Source: an uncultured virus (IMG/VR IMGVR_UViG_3300028561_000554)
Lineage: Duplodnaviria; Heunggongvirae; Uroviricota; Caudoviricetes
IMG/VR virus record: IMGVR_UViG_3300028561_000554
Strand: one strand, 5' to 3'
Length of the DNA: 20,000 bases
Position numbers and translations under genes: made by a program. Of the stretch, positions 16,435 to 20,000 are shown piece by piece. The notes beneath the pieces are model-generated. The model did not search any database. It was not told the origin of the DNA and was given only the letters and a program-made list of their open reading frames with translations. The first letter of the stretch is position 1. Each line of letters begins with the position of its first letter.

Positions 16435-17361
16435 CTATACTGTCCACCCCTTCCAATTATACGAGATTTTAGATTCTGACGCTGCCAAATTGGGCATTTC
16501 TGAGATAACCTGGCTATAATTATGTTCAGAAAGCAAATATAGTACGTATCTGGCATCTTGTATTTGCTTATATATGTGGTCTTTCATCGCTTGCTTAAAA
16601 AACAATCCCTCCTCATCCATCGACAGCATCATATATTTTCTCTGCATATAATAACTCAGATCATAGCGAAACGATGTTGACCACACCGAAGACGGATGCT
16701 CCCGCATCACCCGCTGGCAAAGAAAGAATGCATTACCGCCCTGACCATTCTGTTCTGCCGAGAGAAAAGACCGTTCTGCAATTTGAATTGTCTCATAAAG
16801 CCGTTCCTTAGGCTCCATCGCTCTGCCACATCGAGACACAACAGCCGCATGGTATAATCCTTTGGCTTCAGGAATCTCATTTATATTGAGAAAGCGACTC
16901 AAAGAATCATCGGTAATCTGCATATCAGGAATTCCTTCAGAATCAGTGAGAAAGACTTGATTGTCTTCCATACGCAGTGCCAGATAATGATCTGCACATT
17001 TATACTGGGAACTGAACGGAAGATATGACAAGGCTGCCATATTGATGGGTCCCAGAATCAAACTTTGGTTTTTGATTGTCCGAAGGCTGAAAAGAAGCGT
17101 TTCTTTTTCCTGCGTGATAAAATGTTTCATGCGAATCCCCCAGATTTGAGAAACAGCATCCGCTTGCTCCCAAAACTTTTGGTATGGAGTGAGCATTCTT
17201 GTGCAGTGATATTGATCAGCATAGGAGGATACTCCGAAAGAAACGCCCGTGCTATTCTCCAGCTCAACAACATCCATTTCTGTATCCTTACACGCATGGA
17301 TTAACGCATAAGTGGCACAGGTAATCCATGTCCGTAAATTATCTGAGTTTGATAAAGTCAT
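16435..17361 (-). CDS. Papain-fold (BtrH N-terminal/C39-like) protein; putative acyltransferase or hydrolase
   Basis: N-terminal TCATYAL (Cys at the start of a helix), LENSTGVSFG, and ILGPINMAALSYLP...DHYLAL...VFLTDSEGIP, giving a Cys-His-Asp arrangement. Confidence 0.5.
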   Translation of the reverse strand: MTLSNSDNLRTWITCATYALIHACKDTEMDVVELENSTGVSFGVSSYADQYHCTRMLTPYQKFWEQADAVSQIWGIRMKHFITQEKETLLFSLRTIKNQSLILGPINMAALSYLPFSSQYKCADHYLALRMEDNQVFLTDSEGIPDMQITDDSLSRFLNINEIPEAKGLYHAAVVSRCGRAMEPKERLYETIQIAERSFLSAEQNGQGGNAFFLCQRVMREHPSSVWSTSFRYDLSYYMQRKYMMLSMDEEGLFFKQAMKDHIYKQIQDARYVLYLLSEHNYSQVISEMPNLAASESKISYNWKGWTV

Positions 17362-18817
17362 GTAATTGCCTCGTTTCCTTGAGCTTTCTCCTGTCTATTT
17401 TCCCATTAATATTTTTAGGAAGTGGCAGTGCAGTACAGTACAGGAAATGCGGACGCTGATATGATGAAAGTTTTTCCGATGTTTTAGTAAGCCATTCAAC
17501 GATTATTTGTGCAGGATAATCAGTGCTTATGCAGACTGCAATCCGTTCCCCCATTATTTCGTCCGGATAACCAAAAATACCAATCTCATTAATCAAATCA
17601 TTTGCTTCAGACAACAGACGATTCTCAAGTTCTGAGACTCCGATTCTATAACCGTTTACTTTCAGGATTTCTTTCTTTCTGCCAACAAAATAAAGAAACC
17701 CCTCCGAATCGATACGAAAATAGTCTCCAGTGCGCAGACAGCGTTTCCCCTGTTCGTTGATAAAATAATACATGGAAGTTGTATTGTTGTCGTTCCAGTA
17801 TCCAGCCATAACATTCTGACCGCACACAATGAGTTCGCCAATTCCCTCTGTATCCGGAGCTTCTACCCATACTTCAGTCCCGGTAAGTGGAAGACCACAA
17901 GATCCGGCAAGTGTTTTATCCAGTCTGTCAAGCGGCATAACAGCCACTCGCTTGCATTCTGTTAGACCATACATAGGAACAACTACAGCAGAAGGTATCG
18001 CTTCCCGGATTTGATGTATCAGTGAAATAGGAAACGTATCTCCTGTGGATGTAATATACCGCAATGCACTGAGATGAACTTTGTTAAGCAATCGCGTTTT
18101 TATAAGCATATTCAGCATCGCAGGCATTGCTGGAAATCCCGTAATTTCTTCTTTTGCTAGGAAAGAAACAATTTGTGGCAGTGGTACCTCTGAGGCTACA
18201 ACAAGACACGCACCTGCCGAAAGAGCGAGGAAAATTTGATACAAACCATAATCGAACGAAAGAGGAAGGCAGCATAAAATTTTGTCATTTGCAGTATTCT
18301 TTATCCGTTCATTGATTGCATAAACGCAAAACTCCACATTTTTCATTGGTGCTACTACCCCTTTGGGGATACCTGTGGAACCTGATGTGTATAGTATGTA
18401 AACAATTGTATCTTCCTCAAGTTCACTATTCGGACTTTCTTCCTCATCAGAAATATCCTGCAACAGCGCAACCGGAAGGCACTGCATAATTGCATCTTGC
18501 TCAAATGAGCCCACAACAAGTACGGGACTAGAATCTTTTATGATATCCAGTAACATCTCTTCTGACACCGCCGGAGAAACTGGAATAAAACAAACACCTA
18601 AACGTATGCAGGACAAAATAATCAGTACCGTATCTAATGTACGATCAGCACGAATAATCACTCTATCCAGTGGCTTGACTCCATATCTTTTCAGTTGACA
18701 TCCTACCCTATGACAGATTTGATCTATCTGCGTATAGGTATACTGCTTCGTCATATCTGTTAGCACGATAGATGTGTTATCATCAATATGAGAAGTGATT
18801 AAAGCATTGTACAGCAT
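17339..18817 (-). CDS. AMP-forming acyl-CoA/acyl-carrier ligase (ANL superfamily, stand-alone)
   Basis: YILYTSGSTGIPKGV, LPLSFDYGLYQ, PMYGLTEC, LRTGD, YFVGRKKEILKVNGYRI, PKNINGKIDR. Start at ATG 18817 after GAAAGGA. Confidence 0.92.
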   Translation of the reverse strand: MLYNALITSHIDDNTSIVLTDMTKQYTYTQIDQICHRVGCQLKRYGVKPLDRVIIRADRTLDTVLIILSCIRLGVCFIPVSPAVSEEMLLDIIKDSSPVLVVGSFEQDAIMQCLPVALLQDISDEEESPNSELEEDTIVYILYTSGSTGIPKGVVAPMKNVEFCVYAINERIKNTANDKILCCLPLSFDYGLYQIFLALSAGACLVVASEVPLPQIVSFLAKEEITGFPAMPAMLNMLIKTRLLNKVHLSALRYITSTGDTFPISLIHQIREAIPSAVVVPMYGLTECKRVAVMPLDRLDKTLAGSCGLPLTGTEVWVEAPDTEGIGELIVCGQNVMAGYWNDNNTTSMYYFINEQGKRCLRTGDYFRIDSEGFLYFVGRKKEILKVNGYRIGVSELENRLLSEANDLINEIGIFGYPDEIMGERIAVCISTDYPAQIIVEWLTKTSEKLSSYQRPHFLYCTALPLPKNINGKIDRRKLKETRQLHDFIKLR

Positions 18818-18818
18818 T

Positions 18819-19700
18819 TCAAATCCTTTCAAGAGAAACCATAAGCGGGCGATTTTTGGTTATAGCAGCTTGTTCCTTCGTAGTACGAATCGTATGTACA
18901 ATATTGATAGGAAGGCTGATTTCTTCTGAAATAGAATCATCTGTTTTTCCTTCATTCAGCGCAATCAGGCAGGCATCGATTTTATCCTGCGAAAGAAGCG
19001 ACTGAATCTGCATTACTTTTTTATCATCTTCTTCAGTGAAAATTCTTCCTCCAGGAATCGGGCCTTCATTATAAATCCAATACGCCATATCTTCAAGATC
19101 GGTTTCGCCTTCCCAAAAGCCTGCAGAGGGCGGCTGAGCAATTACTTCTTCACGGCATCCAATTAAGGTAGCCAGCAATTTTACCTCCGATTTATACAGA
19201 TGGGCAATTGGCTTGAAATGCCCCAAGTTATCGCCAAACGGAAGGAAAAAACCCATTTCGGTTTCAGTACGGTTGGAATTGCCGGGAATCAGATAACCCT
19301 TATCCTGATAAGTAGAGATAATAGCCGTTCGGAGTGAACAATTTGCTCGTGCTGGATCAAGAAGGCTGTCGGGCATAAAAGCTTCATCCGGTGCAGCCTC
19401 ATGCAACAGAGAAATCAACTGACGGTTCATTTTTCCTAAAGGTATTTCGGCAAGATGTACTCCAAGATCTGCAGCAAGATTTCTTGCATTTTGTGTGTAT
19501 TTTTGTTCCAATCCTTCCTGAATAACAGTAAAAAGACGGATATTATCTGCTCCAACGGCAAGAGCACATAAACGGGCAACAACATCAGAATCCAATCCCC
19601 CTGATACAGGAATCGCAATCTTCATAGAAGGTTTGGCCTGGTTGCGAATGAATTCGAGAATACGCTCCAGTTCTGTCTTTATTTGTTCGATGTTTTTCAT
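18819..19700 (-). CDS. NH3-dependent NAD+ synthetase (NadE)-like ATP pyrophosphatase/amide ligase, divergent
   Basis: PP-loop VSGGLDS, GNSNRTETEMGFFLPFGD, PIAHLYKSEVKLLA and PPSAGFWEGETD; no glutaminase domain. Start at ATG 19700 (MKNIEQ) after GAAAGGA. Confidence 0.82.
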   Translation of the reverse strand: MKNIEQIKTELERILEFIRNQAKPSMKIAIPVSGGLDSDVVARLCALAVGADNIRLFTVIQEGLEQKYTQNARNLAADLGVHLAEIPLGKMNRQLISLLHEAAPDEAFMPDSLLDPARANCSLRTAIISTYQDKGYLIPGNSNRTETEMGFFLPFGDNLGHFKPIAHLYKSEVKLLATLIGCREEVIAQPPSAGFWEGETDLEDMAYWIYNEGPIPGGRIFTEEDDKKVMQIQSLLSQDKIDACLIALNEGKTDDSISEEISLPINIVHTIRTTKEQAAITKNRPLMVSLERI

Positions 19701-19707
19701 TGGTTTC

Positions 19708-20000
19708 TCAATCCTTTCTGATGATATAGTACCCATAACAACCCTGATATTCTGAAATGCATGCAATGCGGCCGTTCTGAACGGATGAGGATGTCAGGAA
19801 AATGAGTGGTTGTGTCAGAAATGAAGTTGCTTTCGTCAAGTTATGAGAACAGGTCAGTTTTGTATCTGAAAATACCATTCGAAATGAATTTCGCTGCACC
19901 ATCTGGATAACCTCTTCGTAGGTTTGACAAAATCCGGCAGATTCCAGAAAAAAATCTCCGCTTTCCTTTGAAACAAGAAATGAAACAGCCGTCTGCTCAT
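19708..20000 (-). CDS. C-terminal part of the upstream operon gene (5'-partial), function not assignable
   Basis: The frame of the 19708..19902 ORF stays open to the window edge (EQTAVSFLVSKESGDFFLESAGFCQTYEEVIQMVQRN...YGYYIIRKD-stop). Its 3' end overlaps the RBS of the NadE-like gene. Confidence 0.7.
   Translation of the reverse strand, partial: EQTAVSFLVSKESGDFFLESAGFCQTYEEVIQMVQRNSFRMVFSDTKLTCSHNLTKATSFLTQPLIFLTSSSVQNGRIACISEYQGCYGYYIIRKD

Noticed and set aside
19708..20000. Assigning the partial ORF as a ketosynthase or chain-length factor
   Set aside because: The context makes it plausible, but the visible 96 or so residues carry no diagnostic motif.

Overview
The window holds two abutting accessory blocks from what looks like an anaerobic Firmicute (Clostridia/Ruminococcus-like; host is inferred). 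Bases 1-10527 (+ strand) are the right end of a siphovirus-type prophage. In order it carries the tape-measure C-terminus, an antisense GNAT moron with its own promoter, a distal tail protein, a Gp37-like tail protein, a tail protein with BspA-type leucine-rich repeats, a collagen-repeat fibre, a holin, a two-domain endolysin (peptidase M15 + GH25), a small HTH/Zn-finger gene, a SHOCT-like gene, an intact large serine recombinase, and a second recombinase that breaks off at its conserved Y-T-D-(E-G) motif. About 600 bp of non-coding DNA follows, rich in hairpins and in direct and inverted repeats. Bases 11123-20000 (- strand) are one tightly coupled operon that looks like the distal part of an uncharacterised biosynthetic gene cluster. 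It encodes a divergent NAD-synthetase-like enzyme, an AMP-forming acyl ligase, a BtrH/papain-fold protein, an atypical KAS III, a class II UvrA (DrrC/Ecm16-type, lacking the UvrB-binding domain), a pair of Cys-rich U32-family proteins and a DUF6075-like gene. The best candidate for a novel system is this anaerobe cluster, which pairs acyl-transfer and amidation enzymes and putative O2-independent hydroxylases with a resistance gene typical of DNA-binding antibiotics. All family calls come from motif recognition by eye; no database search was run.
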